Assembly (NCBI GenBank): GCA_963740085.1
Contig: CAVUCU010000001.1
Coordinates: forward strand, 480,001 to 544,000
From: Nitrospirota bacterium
GTDB taxonomy: Bacteria; Nitrospirota; UBA9217
DNA: 64,000 nt
Direction: 5' to 3'
The position numbers and the translations under genes were made by a program. A model generated the notes under the pieces. It was given only the letters and a program-made list of their open reading frames with translations. It ran no database searches and was not told where the DNA came from. Within the stretch, counting starts at the first letter, position 1; the number at the start of each line of letters is the position of its first letter. This document shows, one piece after another, positions 1 through 10,068 of the stretch.

Positions 1-16
1 TCAACACGTCCATGGT

Positions 17-712
17 TCACCTCACTTTTTTCATCAGATCGATAAAGATAGCCATAAGTACTTTCGTCATGTAATAGATGGAGCGTATCGGCGTTATCGA
101 CGACCTGCCGCCGGTGCGCTCGCGCATGGTAGTGGACACTTCCACCATCCGCATGTTCATCTTGTGCAGAAGCACCAGGGACTCCACCTCGGGATAGTCG
201 TCGGGATAGTTACGTGCAAAGAATTCAATTACCCGCCGGTTCGCAGCCCGAAAGCCGGAGGTACTGTCCGTCACGGCCATGTCCAGGATACGGGAGAGGA
301 TGAACGAGAATATTCCGATCCCCAATTTTCTGAAGACAGGCGTTCTGTATCCCCCGGTGGTCAGGAACCGCGAACCGACCACGAGGTCAGCCTGCTTCGT
401 CACGATCGGCTCAATGAGTTTATTTACCTCTGCGGCAAGGTGCTGACCGTCGCCGTCGAACTGCACCGCGATATCGTATCCGTTCCGTTCCGCGTACAGA
501 TAGCCTGCCTGCACTGCCCCGCCGATCCCCAGGTTGAACGGCAGGTCCACCACCTTCACGCCCATTTTTCGCGCGACAAGCACGGTCGCATCGCGGGACC
601 CGTCGTTCACCACGAGCACCTCCGCGGCGGGGATGTGTTCCCTGAGGTCCCGGATCACTCCAGGGAGGCTTGCCTCTTCGTTGTATGCGGGTACGATGAT
701 CAGTATTTTCAT
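17..712 (-). CDS. Glycosyltransferase family 2 (DPM1-like)
   Basis: IIVPAYNEE, VNDGSRD, DGDGQH, GSRF and TDSTSGFR motifs. Confidence 0.9.
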   Translation of the reverse strand: MKILIIVPAYNEEASLPGVIRDLREHIPAAEVLVVNDGSRDATVLVARKMGVKVVDLPFNLGIGGAVQAGYLYAERNGYDIAVQFDGDGQHLAAEVNKLIEPIVTKQADLVVGSRFLTTGGYRTPVFRKLGIGIFSFILSRILDMAVTDSTSGFRAANRRVIEFFARNYPDDYPEVESLVLLHKMNMRMVEVSTTMRERTGGRSSITPIRSIYYMTKVLMAIFIDLMKKVR

Positions 713-789
713 ACGTTATTCATAACTCCAGGTCGTCTCGCGCAAAGCCGCAAAAGCCCGCAAAGAAAATCATTGAACCGAATTCGCAA

Positions 790-916
790 CTACTCTGATT
801 GGCCACAAAAGATCACAAAGAACTCAAAGAAACAATCTAGAGCCCTATGTCTTTCAAATTTTAATTCTCTCTGCGATCCTTGCGTTCTCTCGCGGCTAAT
901 AGATCTTGATCTGCGT
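790..916. mobile_element. MITE-like inverted-repeat element, family A copy 1 (diverged)
   Basis: Starts CTACTCTGATTGGCCAC; 9-bp-period arms; similar to 2113-2240 and, reversed, to 45906-46045. Confidence 0.7.
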
Positions 917-1962
917 CATTCTTTCAGCGCTGTCTCGTACGCCGAGATCCGAAATTCCCGGAACAACCGGTAGAGTTCGCGGCGGCCGATCCGTCTTAAT
1001 TTAGAAAAGGCCCGCCGCTGCCTGATGATTCCCGGCAGCGCCGAGAGCGCTGAATACCAGGCCTTGAGCAGGATCGCCATGGCCTGGAAGATCGAATTCT
1101 GCTCGCTGAATCTGCCGCTTGCCCCTTTGCCGGTGAGCGCGCCGTACAGATGGACGAGAAGTCGCGTGACCGTCACGAAGGGGCTGATCAGGATCATTTC
1201 GACCGGATAATATTTCAACAGCACCCATATCCTGTTTCGTTCCACCAGAAAGGCCTTGAACGGAGAATGGGCCGATGATGAGGACGAATATTTGTGATAC
1301 ACCTTTGCCGAGGGCACATAGATGCATTGCCACCCGGCCAGCCTGGCGCGGAGACCGAGATCGACATCATCAGCATAGGCAAAGAACGCTTCATCGAACA
1401 GGCCGATCTCGTCCAGCATCTCCCGACGGTAGAGGCCGGCGCATCCGCTCGGGAAGAACGCCTCTCCCCTCTCGTCATATTGCCCTTCGTCCTTCTCCAG
1501 CCTTCCCTTCCCCCGCCCCAATCCATCCGGATACAGGAGGAGCCCGACATTGTCAATGATGCCGGGATCGTCGTAGGAAAGTATCTTGGAGGCCCACATG
1601 CCCACGGGAGCCCGGTTTGCCTCCGCTTCCTTCATTAAGTTCATCAGCCATGCCGGATCGACCTTCGTGTCATTGTTCAGAAGCGCAAGGTACCTGCCCG
1701 AAGCGGCCCGGATACCGGCGTTGTTGCCCCCGGCAAAGCCGTAATTCTTCTGAAGCGCGATCAGCCTGACCTCGGGAAAGTTTTCCTGCACATACTCCCG
1801 CGAACCATCCTGCGAACCGTTATCAACAAGGACGATCTCAAGATCCCTGAAGGTCTGCGATCGAAGGGACTCCAGGCATTCACCCAGGTGCTGCCTCCCG
1901 TTCCAATTCACGATCACCACGGAGACCCGGGGTTCCTTCAAAGGGCTGTTCTCATCGTTCAT
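916..1962 (-). CDS. Glycosyltransferase family 2 (WbbL/rhamnosyltransferase-like)
   Basis: VVIVNWNG, VDNGSQDGS, NYGFAGGNN, LLNND, FFAYADDVDL motifs. Confidence 0.9.
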   Translation of the reverse strand: MNDENSPLKEPRVSVVIVNWNGRQHLGECLESLRSQTFRDLEIVLVDNGSQDGSREYVQENFPEVRLIALQKNYGFAGGNNAGIRAASGRYLALLNNDTKVDPAWLMNLMKEAEANRAPVGMWASKILSYDDPGIIDNVGLLLYPDGLGRGKGRLEKDEGQYDERGEAFFPSGCAGLYRREMLDEIGLFDEAFFAYADDVDLGLRARLAGWQCIYVPSAKVYHKYSSSSSAHSPFKAFLVERNRIWVLLKYYPVEMILISPFVTVTRLLVHLYGALTGKGASGRFSEQNSIFQAMAILLKAWYSALSALPGIIRQRRAFSKLRRIGRRELYRLFREFRISAYETALKE

Positions 1963-2112
1963 CCTGATATCTGATCCTGCTCAACGTGCGTTTTTTTGAT
2001 CTGCCGTCTCTTATGTGGCTCACTTAATTGCAAGTATCACTATTCTTCATTAACAATCTGTTTTCTAAAGAGTGTCTGAGCTGGCACTTGTCCCATATGT
2101 GCATCATTTATC

Positions 2113-2240
2113 GGCCGCAAAAGATCGCAAAGAACTCAAAGAAAAACCTGAACCCATGTATTTCAGTTTTAATTCTCTCTGCGATCCTTGCGTTCCTTCG
2201 CGGCTAACAGATTTTGACCTGATTTGACCTGAGTAAATAC
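2113..2240. mobile_element. MITE-like element, family A copy 2
   Basis: Nearly identical to the reverse complement of 45906-46033. Confidence 0.8.
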
Positions 2241-2299
2241 AAAATATCTTTTTCCTGTTTCAGGCAAAGATCGGGACTTCATGAGGCCTCAGCTCCGCA

Positions 2300-2755
2300 T
2301 CAGGGGGTTTTTTCTCCATTCATCTCCCGCCGATGCCGGACCACTGCCCAGTAAATGAAGAAATAAGAAAGAACCGCGGCAGCAGCCCCGACCACGACCG
2401 TCCCCGCGACGAATGGCCACAGGTAGGGCCTCAGAATATCATACGCGCTGGTGAAGGTGAGTGTCTGCCATGCGATGTCGGGCGCGGCGGTCGTGGCGCC
2501 GGTGATCTTGATGCCGAACCACAGACAGAATCCATAGAGGGGGACCATGGTCCAGGGGTTATTAATGAGCGCGGCGCTGAAAACGACGATCTTACTCAGC
2601 CGGAACATCCATGCGAACACAAAACAGCTGATCGTGTGCAAACCAATGGTAGGAGAAAATGCAATGAACACACCCATGGCAAAGGCAAGTGCGAGCCTGT
2701 GCGGCGAGTCATTCAGATGGAAAATGCCCCTGATGCGGTCCCTGATATTCTTCAT
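2300..2755 (-). CDS. DUF2062 family membrane protein
   Basis: SPHRLALAFAMGVFIAFSP and NNPWT motifs; hydrophobic segments. Confidence 0.85.
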   Translation of the reverse strand: MKNIRDRIRGIFHLNDSPHRLALAFAMGVFIAFSPTIGLHTISCFVFAWMFRLSKIVVFSAALINNPWTMVPLYGFCLWFGIKITGATTAAPDIAWQTLTFTSAYDILRPYLWPFVAGTVVVGAAAAVLSYFFIYWAVVRHRREMNGEKTP

Positions 2756-2782
2756 AGAGTCTGCCGCGCAAAGCCGGTCCGG

Positions 2783-3856
2783 TCAGCGTTTTGAGAGATC
2801 GTTTGTCCTCTTGAAATGATCATATCCCGTCGGTCGCAAAGCGGTCTTTTTACCGGCAGCGTTCGCCAGGAACATCGCATTCCCCGCAGTGATCGTCCCG
2901 ATCTCGGTAGCCGGAATATGCAGCTTCTCCAGTGTCTTTATCCGCGCCAACGGCACGGTAAACAGGAGCTCGTAATCCTCACCCCCGGACAGGGCATAGT
3001 GAAGGGGAGGTTTGCGAAGCTGGTCCGCTGATCCGAGGAGCGCCGGGGAAAGAGGTATCTTGTCGGAAAAGAGAAGGGCCCCTGTTCCGCTCTCCTCGCA
3101 GAGGTGGGACAGATCCGACGAAAGGCCGTCACTGACGTCGATCATCGAACTTGCGCACCCGGATAGCGCGATCCGCCTCCCCCACTCCACGCGGGGCACT
3201 GGACGGAGATGACGCTCTATAAGTTCGGAGTCGAAGTCTTCTGACTTCCTGACTGCTCCGACTCCTGACTCCTGTCTTCTGCCCCCTGACCCCTGACTCC
3301 CCTGACTCCTGACTCCTGCTTTCAAAAGTTCCAGCCCTGCTCCTGAATCCCCTGGCGTGCCGGTAACGAATATCCTGTCTCCCCGCCTGGCCCCCGTTCG
3401 AGAGATAATTGTCCTTTTTTTCGCCTCGCCGAGAGCGGTAACGCTTATCACAAGAGCGTCTTTTGAGGAGCAGGTATCTCCGCCCACAAGGATCGTTTTC
3501 TGGACCCGTAAGAGCGCATTGAACCCCTGGTAAAGGTCCATCACCGCCTTAACAGGAATGCGCGCCGGGAGTGCGAGCGAGGTGAGACAAAATCTGGGCA
3601 CGCCCCCCATCGCCGCAATGTCGCTCAAGTTTATTGCCGCGGATTTCCAGCCAAGCGAATAAAAATCCGTAGTGGAAAGGTCAAAATGAACACCCTCGAT
3701 CAGCATATCGGTTGTTGCCAGAAGGAGTGTCGCGGGACCGATCTTCAGAACAGCGGCATCGTCTCCAATGCCGATCATCGCGTCAGGTGATCGCCCGGAA
3801 GGCAGTTGCTGAATGGCATGTATCAGGCCGAATTCGCCAAGGTTTGATAGCTTCAT
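2783..3856 (-). CDS. thiL: Thiamine-monophosphate kinase, with a repeat-derived insertion
   Basis: GEFGLI, IGDDAA, NLSDIAAMGG, VGGDT, IDVSDGL, GGEDYEL motifs. Confidence 0.95.
   Translation of the reverse strand: MKLSNLGEFGLIHAIQQLPSGRSPDAMIGIGDDAAVLKIGPATLLLATTDMLIEGVHFDLSTTDFYSLGWKSAAINLSDIAAMGGVPRFCLTSLALPARIPVKAVMDLYQGFNALLRVQKTILVGGDTCSSKDALVISVTALGEAKKRTIISRTGARRGDRIFVTGTPGDSGAGLELLKAGVRSQGSQGSGGRRQESGVGAVRKSEDFDSELIERHLRPVPRVEWGRRIALSGCASSMIDVSDGLSSDLSHLCEESGTGALLFSDKIPLSPALLGSADQLRKPPLHYALSGGEDYELLFTVPLARIKTLEKLHIPATEIGTITAGNAMFLANAAGKKTALRPTGYDHFKRTNDLSKR
3239..3318. repeat. Degenerate heptamer array (CTCCTGA-like) inside thiL
   Basis: ctccgactcctgactcctgtcttctgccccctgacccctgactcccctgactcctgactcctg. 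Confidence 0.85.
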
Positions 3857-3902
3857 TATTAGTAGCTGCTCAGGTATTCAGGGGGAAAAAATCCAAGGTT
3901 TA

Positions 3903-4060
3903 CGGCTGAAGGCTGAGGTAATCAGGCTTTTAGGTTGAAGGCTGGATGAATCAGGTCTTTAGGTTGAAAGCTGAAGTTTTAATCCTCCCACCTTCAGCCT
4001 AACCACCTTCAGTCTAACCACCTTTAGTCTATTCACCGTCAGTCTAACCACCTTCAGTCT
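3903..4060. repeat. Inverted tandem-repeat block: about 3 x 29-bp units, then 5 x 15-bp CCACCTTCAGTCTAA
   Basis: 15-mers start at 3988, 4003, 4018, 4033 and 4048; left-arm GGCTGAAGG units are complementary to CCTTCAGCC. Confidence 0.85.
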
Positions 4061-4094
4061 GTCTCCTGACGACCGTTCGCACGAACTGCCTGAT

Positions 4095-4216
4095 GGACGA
4101 TAGACGCTTAATTCTCGACGCGATAGACCGCTTCGCTCCCTAAGACGATGGACGCTTTTTCGTCCGTCGTCTCTCGTCCGTCGTCCTTCGTCCTTCGTCC
4201 TTCGTCTCTCGTCTCT
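4095..4216. repeat. Heptamer array (TCGTCCT-like) with inverted left arm, overlapping the lon 3' end
   Basis: ggacgat/agacgct units followed by tcgtccg, tcgtctc and tcgtcct units. Confidence 0.85.
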
Positions 4217-6596
4217 TTTTCCCCGCGATCCTGCGGGGAAGCTTCTTGCGGAGCGCCGCCGCAAGCACATCGTCCACGATCGTGGCGAAGATAAAATGCA
4301 TGTCCTTGCGCAGGTACTTCGGAAGGTCCTCGAGGTCCTTTTCGTTCTCCTTCGGGAGGATCACGGTCTTGATCCCGGCCCTGCGGGCGGCGAGCGTCTT
4401 TTCCTTGAGCCCGCCGATCGGCATGACCCGGCCGCGGAGCGTTACCTCGCCGGTCATGGCGATGTCCTTCCGCACCGGGGTATTCGTAAAGACCGATGCC
4501 AGGGCCGTGGCTATGGTCACGCCGGCTGAAGGGCCGTCCTTGGGGATCGCGCCGGCCGGCACATGGATATGGACATCCGTCTTTGCAAACACGTCGGGCT
4601 GGATGCCGAGCTTCTCGGCACGGGAGCGAACATACGTAAGCGCCGCATGGGCCGACTCTTTCATCACATCGCCCAAATGCCCGGTGAGCGTGAGCTGTCC
4701 CTTGCCGCGCACGATCGTCGCTTCAATATATAAAATATCGCCGCCTGTCTCGGTCCACGCCAGACCGGTCACCACGCCGACCTCATCCTGCTCGCGCTCC
4801 ACCTCGGGCATGAACTTCGGCACGCCAAGATAGGTATGGAGGTTCTGCGGGGTGATCGTGACCAGTCCGTCCTCACCTTCCGCGACCTTTCGCGCGATCT
4901 TGCGGCAGAGATGCCCGATCTCACGCTCGAGGTTCCGCACGCCGGCCTCACGCGTGTACTGGGCGATGACTTCAAGGATCGTCTTGTCCGGGATGCCGAT
5001 CTGTTTTTCCGTGATCCCGTGCTCCGTCAGCTGTCTCGGGATCAGATAGCTTTTCGCGATGCCGAGCTTTTCCTGCTCCGTGTAGCCCGAAAGGCGGATG
5101 ATCTCCATGCGGTCCTTGAGCGGGCCGGGGATCGGATCGGTCATGTTTGCGGTCGTGATGAACATCACGCGCGACAGATCGAACGGCATGCCGATATAGT
5201 GGTCGCTGAAGGTGTTGTTCTGTTCGGGGTCGAGGACCTCGAGCAGGGCCGCCGACGGGTCGCCCCGGAAATCGGCGCCGATCTTGTCGATCTCGTCGAG
5301 CATGAATACCGGGTTGTTGTTTCCCGCGGTCTTGATGCCCTGGATGATCCTGCCGGGAAGCGCGCCGACGTAGGTCCTGCGGTGGCCGCGTATCTCGGCC
5401 TCGTCGCGCACCCCGCCGAGCGAAATGCGAACGAACTCGCGGCCCAGGGCGCGCGCGATCGATTTTCCGAGGGAGGTCTTGCCCACGCCCGGCGGGCCGA
5501 CGAAGCACAGGATCGGTCCCTTCATCTTCTCTTTCAGCTTGCGCACGGCGAGGTACTCTATGATGCGCTCTTTCACCTTCTCAAGATCATAGTGGTCTTC
5601 CTCGAGCACCTTGTGCGCCGCTTTGAGGTCGAGGTTGTCCTTGGTGGCCTTGCTCCAGGGAAGCTCGGACAGCCATTCGATGTAGGTGCGTGTCATGGAG
5701 GCCTCTGCCGCATCGGGATGCATGCGCTCGAGCCTCCGGAGCTGCTTTTCGGCCTCTTTCGCGGCCTTCTCCGGCATCTTGGCTTCCTTGATCTTTTCAC
5801 GGAGCTCGCGCATGTCCTCGGACCGGTCGTCGGTCTCGCCGAGCTCGCGCTGGATCGCCTTCAGCTGCTCCCGCAGAAAGTACTCGCGCTGCGTCTTGTC
5901 GATCTCGCCGCGAACATCGGCCTGGATCTTCTGCTGCATCGAGAGGAGCTCGATCTCCTTGCCGAGCGCCTCGTTGATGCGCTTGATCCGTTGAAGAGGA
6001 TCGGTGATCTCAAGGATCTCCTGGGCCTGCTCCACCTTGAGGCCCATGTTCGCAATGGCCAGATCGGCGAGTTTGCCGGGGTCATCCACGTTCTCGATGA
6101 CCACCATGATGTCAGGAAGGATCACCTTGCCGAAGGACACCAGGCGCTCGATCTGCTCCTTCACGTTCCGCATCAGGGCCTCGGTCTCGAGATTCACCGA
6201 AACCGGAACATCGGGGAACGTCTTGATCTCGACCTGGTAAAAAGGGTCCTTCGTGAGGAACTTCACCGTCTTCGCCCGCGCGACGCCCTGGACAAGGATC
6301 TTGATGCGGCCGTCCGGAAGCTTCAGCATCCGCATGATCACGCCGACCGTGCCGACGGAATAGAGGTCCGACGGCGAGGGGTTCTCCACATTGATGTCCT
6401 TCTGAGAGGTCAGGAAGATCATGCGGTTCCCCTCGAGCGCCACCTCGATGGCCTTGATGGACATCTCTCTTCCCACAAAAAGCGGAAGCACCATATACGG
6501 GAAGACCACGATGTCCCTGATCGGGAGCAACGGTAGTTTTTTGGGGATCTCGATCGACTGCTGGAGATCTAAGCTTTTCGTTTCAGTCTTTGCCAA
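4140..6596 (-). CDS. lon: ATP-dependent Lon protease
   Basis: LON N-domain, GPPGVGKTS Walker A, MLDEIDK Walker B, PKDGPSAG catalytic Ser; TTG start with AGGAGG RBS. Confidence 0.97.
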   Translation of the reverse strand: MAKTETKSLDLQQSIEIPKKLPLLPIRDIVVFPYMVLPLFVGREMSIKAIEVALEGNRMIFLTSQKDINVENPSPSDLYSVGTVGVIMRMLKLPDGRIKILVQGVARAKTVKFLTKDPFYQVEIKTFPDVPVSVNLETEALMRNVKEQIERLVSFGKVILPDIMVVIENVDDPGKLADLAIANMGLKVEQAQEILEITDPLQRIKRINEALGKEIELLSMQQKIQADVRGEIDKTQREYFLREQLKAIQRELGETDDRSEDMRELREKIKEAKMPEKAAKEAEKQLRRLERMHPDAAEASMTRTYIEWLSELPWSKATKDNLDLKAAHKVLEEDHYDLEKVKERIIEYLAVRKLKEKMKGPILCFVGPPGVGKTSLGKSIARALGREFVRISLGGVRDEAEIRGHRRTYVGALPGRIIQGIKTAGNNNPVFMLDEIDKIGADFRGDPSAALLEVLDPEQNNTFSDHYIGMPFDLSRVMFITTANMTDPIPGPLKDRMEIIRLSGYTEQEKLGIAKSYLIPRQLTEHGITEKQIGIPDKTILEVIAQYTREAGVRNLEREIGHLCRKIARKVAEGEDGLVTITPQNLHTYLGVPKFMPEVEREQDEVGVVTGLAWTETGGDILYIEATIVRGKGQLTLTGHLGDVMKESAHAALTYVRSRAEKLGIQPDVFAKTDVHIHVPAGAIPKDGPSAGVTIATALASVFTNTPVRKDIAMTGEVTLRGRVMPIGGLKEKTLAARRAGIKTVILPKENEKDLEDLPKYLRKDMHFIFATIVDDVLAAALRKKLPRRIAGKKRRETKDEGRRTTDERRRTKKRPSS

Positions 6597-6629
6597 ACCG
6601 GCCTCCTGTTTTTAACTCTGATGCACGGC

Positions 6630-6746
6630 GGACGCTTTTTCGTCCGTCGTCCCTCGTCCTTAGTCTCTCGTCCTTCGTCTCTCGGCCCTCGTCCTTCGTT
6701 CCTTCGTCTCTTGTCCTTCGTCTTTCTCCGGTCCTACGTCCTTCGT
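6630..6746. repeat. Heptamer array (TCGTCCT-like) at the galU-lon junction
   Basis: First 22 bp (ggacgctttttcgtccgtcgtc) identical to 4150-4171. Confidence 0.85.
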
Positions 6747-7628
6747 CAACCCGGCTCCGAGCTTCAGCTTGTGGAGATAACTCCCGAACTCCTGGCCGAA
6801 CTCCGGGTTCTTCAGTCCAAACTGGACCGTGGCCTTCAAAAATCCCAGCTTATCGCCTGCATCGTGCCGAACTCCCTCGAACTCAAATGCGTAGATCGGC
6901 TGTTTTTTCATAAGCAGTTTGAGCCCATCCGTCAACTGGATCTCGCCGCCCTTGCCCGGCTTCGTCTGTTCGAGAGCGGTAAAAATTTCCGGGGTGAGAA
7001 TGTAACGGCCGATGATCGCGAGATCGGAGGGGGCCTCGTTCGGAGAGGGCTTCTCCACCAGATCCTTCACGAGGTATACTCCGTCCTCGATCCTCTTCGC
7101 ATCAATGATGCCGTAGTTCTGCGTCTGTGACTTCGGGACCTTCTGGATCGCCAGGATCGTGGAAGGGTATCGATGAAAGACATTCATCATCTGCCTGAGC
7201 GCGGGCGTCTTTGCATCAATGATATCATCGCCGAGCAGTACCGCGAACGGCTCGTCGCCGATCACGCGTTTTGCGGTGAGCACCGCGTGTCCGAGACCCA
7301 GTGCCTTTTTCTGGCGTATATAACAGAACGTCACCAGGTCGGCGATCAACTGCACCTGGGAGAGCAGCTTATGTTTGCCCTTTGCCTTCAGGTCCTCTTC
7401 GAGCTCGAACGCGACGTCAAAATGGTCCTCGATCGCCCGTTTGCCCCGGCCGGTAATGAGCACGATCTCGTCGATGCCGGACGCCACCGCCTCCTCCACC
7501 ACATACTGGATAAGCGGTTTGTCAACCAGCGGCATCATCTCTTTTGGAGAGGCCTTGGTCGCCGGTAAAAACCTGGTCCCCAGTCCGGCAGCGGGAAAAA
7601 CAGCTTTTGTAATTGCCTTTTGTGTCAT
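6660..7628 (-). CDS. galU: UTP--glucose-1-phosphate uridylyltransferase
   Basis: PAAGLGTRFLPATKASPKEM, LGLGHAV, VEKP, GEIQLTD. Confidence 0.96.
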   Translation of the reverse strand: MTQKAITKAVFPAAGLGTRFLPATKASPKEMMPLVDKPLIQYVVEEAVASGIDEIVLITGRGKRAIEDHFDVAFELEEDLKAKGKHKLLSQVQLIADLVTFCYIRQKKALGLGHAVLTAKRVIGDEPFAVLLGDDIIDAKTPALRQMMNVFHRYPSTILAIQKVPKSQTQNYGIIDAKRIEDGVYLVKDLVEKPSPNEAPSDLAIIGRYILTPEIFTALEQTKPGKGGEIQLTDGLKLLMKKQPIYAFEFEGVRHDAGDKLGFLKATVQFGLKNPEFGQEFGSYLHKLKLGAGLTKDVGPEKDEGQETKERRTRAERRRTRD

Positions 7629-7643
7629 ACTATCCTCAACGTC

Positions 7644-7672
7644 ATTCTATGTAACTATCCTGCAAATGTCAA
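7644..7672 (-). promoter_or_regulatory. sigma70-type promoter of galU
   Basis: TTGACA-17 bp-TAGAAT on the minus strand. Confidence 0.7.
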
Positions 7673-7690
7673 GAAAAGACACCGCTAACC

Positions 7691-7768
7691 GGGGGTTGAG
7701 AAATTGAGAGGCTGAGAAGAGGTGAACTTGAAACCTTAACTTCCCCTCTTCCTGACTTCGTATCTTCG
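7691..7768. repeat. Degenerate inverted octamer array
   Basis: gttgagaa attgagag gctgagaa left arm; pyrimidine-rich ctt/cttc right arm. Confidence 0.5.
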
Positions 7769-7770
7769 GG

Positions 7771-9180
7771 TCACTTCGGTAGCGGCACGCTTCCCAGGAG
7801 ATATTTCAGGTCCTCATCGTCAAATCGCAGCCCCAGTCCGACGAAACCCGCCGCCCGGTGGGAGTTCAGAATGTTGTCATAGCCGGCGTTCACAAAGACC
7901 GTCTTGCCGAGTCCGACACCGACCGTCGCCTTCACGTGGGTATTCAAATTTCCGGGCTCCTTGCTGTTGAAGTTCCAGGAATCGACGCTGAATTTTATCC
8001 GGTCATCGAACGCAAAATAATCAGCTCCCACGCCGCCCGTGGACTCTATCAGACCGAGACGGAGCGCGAGGTTGCTCCAGCGCTTTGCGAACTCGATGCT
8101 GAACTTGAACTTGTCCTCATAGGTCTCCGTCACAACCGTGCTGCCGGGCGTGGTGGTGGTCGTCGTCCGGTTGTAGTTCGAGAAGGGATCGGACGTTATT
8201 TCAAAGATATAATACTGGTCCCGTTTGGGTTTGAGCTCGAGCGAAACATAGGCCTTTGCCTCGGGGAACATATACTCGCTGCGGAACCCGACAATCGTCT
8301 TCATGCGCTCGATGCGTGAAGTGGCGTCGCTGATCCCTTTCGCCGCGCTGTCGATATTGTTGTACATGCCCTCGTCATTCACCAGTTTGCCGAGCGTGCC
8401 CTCTCCGCGGTCGATCTTTCTCATGGTATTATCAATGGAAGAAAGGGCCAGTTCGGCGTTCTTCGATGCTTCCTTGATGTTCTCCATCGTCACCTTGAGA
8501 TTGTCGCGGTTCTCGCCTACGACGCCGTTCAGACTGGCAACCAGCTGGTTCAGACTCATCACCATTTCACTGCCGTCGCTCTGCAGCGTAGTGGAAAAAT
8601 CCTTGATATTTGCCATGGTCTGGCGCAGGTCGTGCAGGATATCTTCCATGGAACGGGCGCCCCGCTCTGTCCCGAAGACCTGGCTGAGGGAAGCGGTCAC
8701 CTGTTTTATGTCATCGGAGATCGACGAGAGCTGATTAATGAGCTTGTCCACGTCGCTCGGCGATACGGTTGCCTGTACCGTCTCGCCGTCCTTGTAATTC
8801 ACCTCACCGCCGGCCGAAGGCTTACCCGGCCTGCCGTTCTTTGCAGGCAGGAACTCCACATACTTTTCGCCAAGGAGACCCATGGTCTTGATCATGGCCT
8901 CGGTCCCGCGGCGTATCTTCACGCCCGGGTCGATCCTCATCGTCACCTTGGCCCGGCTGTCCTCGAGTTCCACCTTCTCCACCAGACCGATCTTTACGCC
9001 GGCCATTCTTACCGCTGATTTCGTGTCAAGTCCCGCCACAGAGTCAAATGCCGCCTGCAAGATATAGCCCTCTTTTTCGCCGAACTGGTACTTGCCTACC
9101 GCAAAGGTCATATACAGAAGAAATACCGATCCTACAATAACCAGTAAACCCACCTTTGCCTCTGCGCTCAATTTAGCCAT
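7771..9180 (-). CDS. mlaD: MCE/MlaD-family lipid transport protein with long helical region and C-terminal beta-rich domain
   Basis: EAKVGL N-terminal TM, VRMAGVKIG, GLLGEKYVE, GTLGKLVND. Confidence 0.88.
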   Translation of the reverse strand: MAKLSAEAKVGLLVIVGSVFLLYMTFAVGKYQFGEKEGYILQAAFDSVAGLDTKSAVRMAGVKIGLVEKVELEDSRAKVTMRIDPGVKIRRGTEAMIKTMGLLGEKYVEFLPAKNGRPGKPSAGGEVNYKDGETVQATVSPSDVDKLINQLSSISDDIKQVTASLSQVFGTERGARSMEDILHDLRQTMANIKDFSTTLQSDGSEMVMSLNQLVASLNGVVGENRDNLKVTMENIKEASKNAELALSSIDNTMRKIDRGEGTLGKLVNDEGMYNNIDSAAKGISDATSRIERMKTIVGFRSEYMFPEAKAYVSLELKPKRDQYYIFEITSDPFSNYNRTTTTTTPGSTVVTETYEDKFKFSIEFAKRWSNLALRLGLIESTGGVGADYFAFDDRIKFSVDSWNFNSKEPGNLNTHVKATVGVGLGKTVFVNAGYDNILNSHRAAGFVGLGLRFDDEDLKYLLGSVPLPK

Positions 9181-9194
9181 AAGAACTCCGTTTT

Positions 9195-9306
9195 AATGAA
9201 AATTGAAAAATGCATAACGCAAAATGCAAAATAAGAACCGGTATTGCTCAACCGTTCATGCTCCGTAGTGATTTCATTTTTCATTTTGCACTTTGCCTTT
9301 TGACTT
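9195..9306. repeat. Inverted heptamer array (AATGCAA / TTGCATT-like)
   Basis: aatgaaa attgaaa aatgcat aacgcaa aatgcaa ... tttcatt tttcatt ttgcact ttgcctt ttgactt. Confidence 0.8.
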
Positions 9307-9311
9307 GTCAA

Positions 9312-10064
9312 CTATTCCGCCGTTATCGGTCCCACCGCGCTGCCGGTGATGAACTGGTGCACGATGGGGTTCTCTGTTTTCCTGATCTGGTCCGGTGTTC
9401 CGGTCTCCAGGATCTCGCCCTTGTACAGCATGGCGATCCGGTCCGAGATCTTGTAGGCGCTGTGCATGTCATGGGTGATGGCCACGGACGTCACGCCGAG
9501 CTTCTTCCGGAGGTCCACGATAAGGTCGTTGATGGCATCGGCTGCGATCGGGTCCAGGCCCGTCGTGGGCTCATCGTACAGGATGATGGCCGGGTCCATG
9601 GCGATCGCCCGGGCGAGCCCCACCCTCTTTTTCATACCGCCGGAAAGCTCTGACGGCATTTTGTCCTCAACATCCTTCAGTCCCACGAGGGCGAGCTTTT
9701 GCGTCGCGACCTCCCGGATCTCCTTGTCGGAGAGGTGCGTGTGCTGCTTGAGAGAGAACCCCACATTCTCCCAGACCGTCAGCGAATCAAAGAGCGCCGC
9801 CATCTGAAACAGCATCCCGAATTTCTTGCGCAGTTCGTTCAAGCCGAAGTCATCAAGATTGTTCATGACCTGGCCGTCCACGATGACCCTTCCCTTGTCC
9901 GGGAACAACAACCCGATGATGTGCTTGATCAGCACGCTCTTGCCGCTGCCGCTGCCGCCGATCACGGTCATGCTCTCGCCCTTTTCAACCGTAAGGTTGA
10001 CCCCGCGGAGCACGGCAAGACTGCCGAAGCTCTTGTGCACGTCGATGATCTCTATCATCGCCAT
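9312..10064 (-). CDS. mlaF: MlaF-type ABC transporter ATP-binding subunit
   Basis: GGSGSGKS, LSGGMKKR, YDEPTTGLDP; start moved to ATG 10064 (10058 also possible). Confidence 0.92.
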   Translation of the reverse strand: MAMIEIIDVHKSFGSLAVLRGVNLTVEKGESMTVIGGSGSGKSVLIKHIIGLLFPDKGRVIVDGQVMNNLDDFGLNELRKKFGMLFQMAALFDSLTVWENVGFSLKQHTHLSDKEIREVATQKLALVGLKDVEDKMPSELSGGMKKRVGLARAIAMDPAIILYDEPTTGLDPIAADAINDLIVDLRKKLGVTSVAITHDMHSAYKISDRIAMLYKGEILETGTPDQIRKTENPIVHQFITGSAVGPITAE

Positions 10065-10068
10065 GGCG

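Noticed and set aside
1-13. ATG of a next minus-strand gene at the window edge
   Set aside because: Only 13 nt are visible, too little to call.
3959-4270. 103-aa ORF with LKVVR repeats, and a possible CRISPR array
   Set aside because: The ORF is a translation of tandem repeats overlapping lon. There are no unique spacers or cas genes.
4836-6536. Long + strand ORFs opposite lon (also opposite leuC, ilvB, leuA, asd, guaB)
   Set aside because: Antisense shadows of GC-biased genes with no recognisable motifs.
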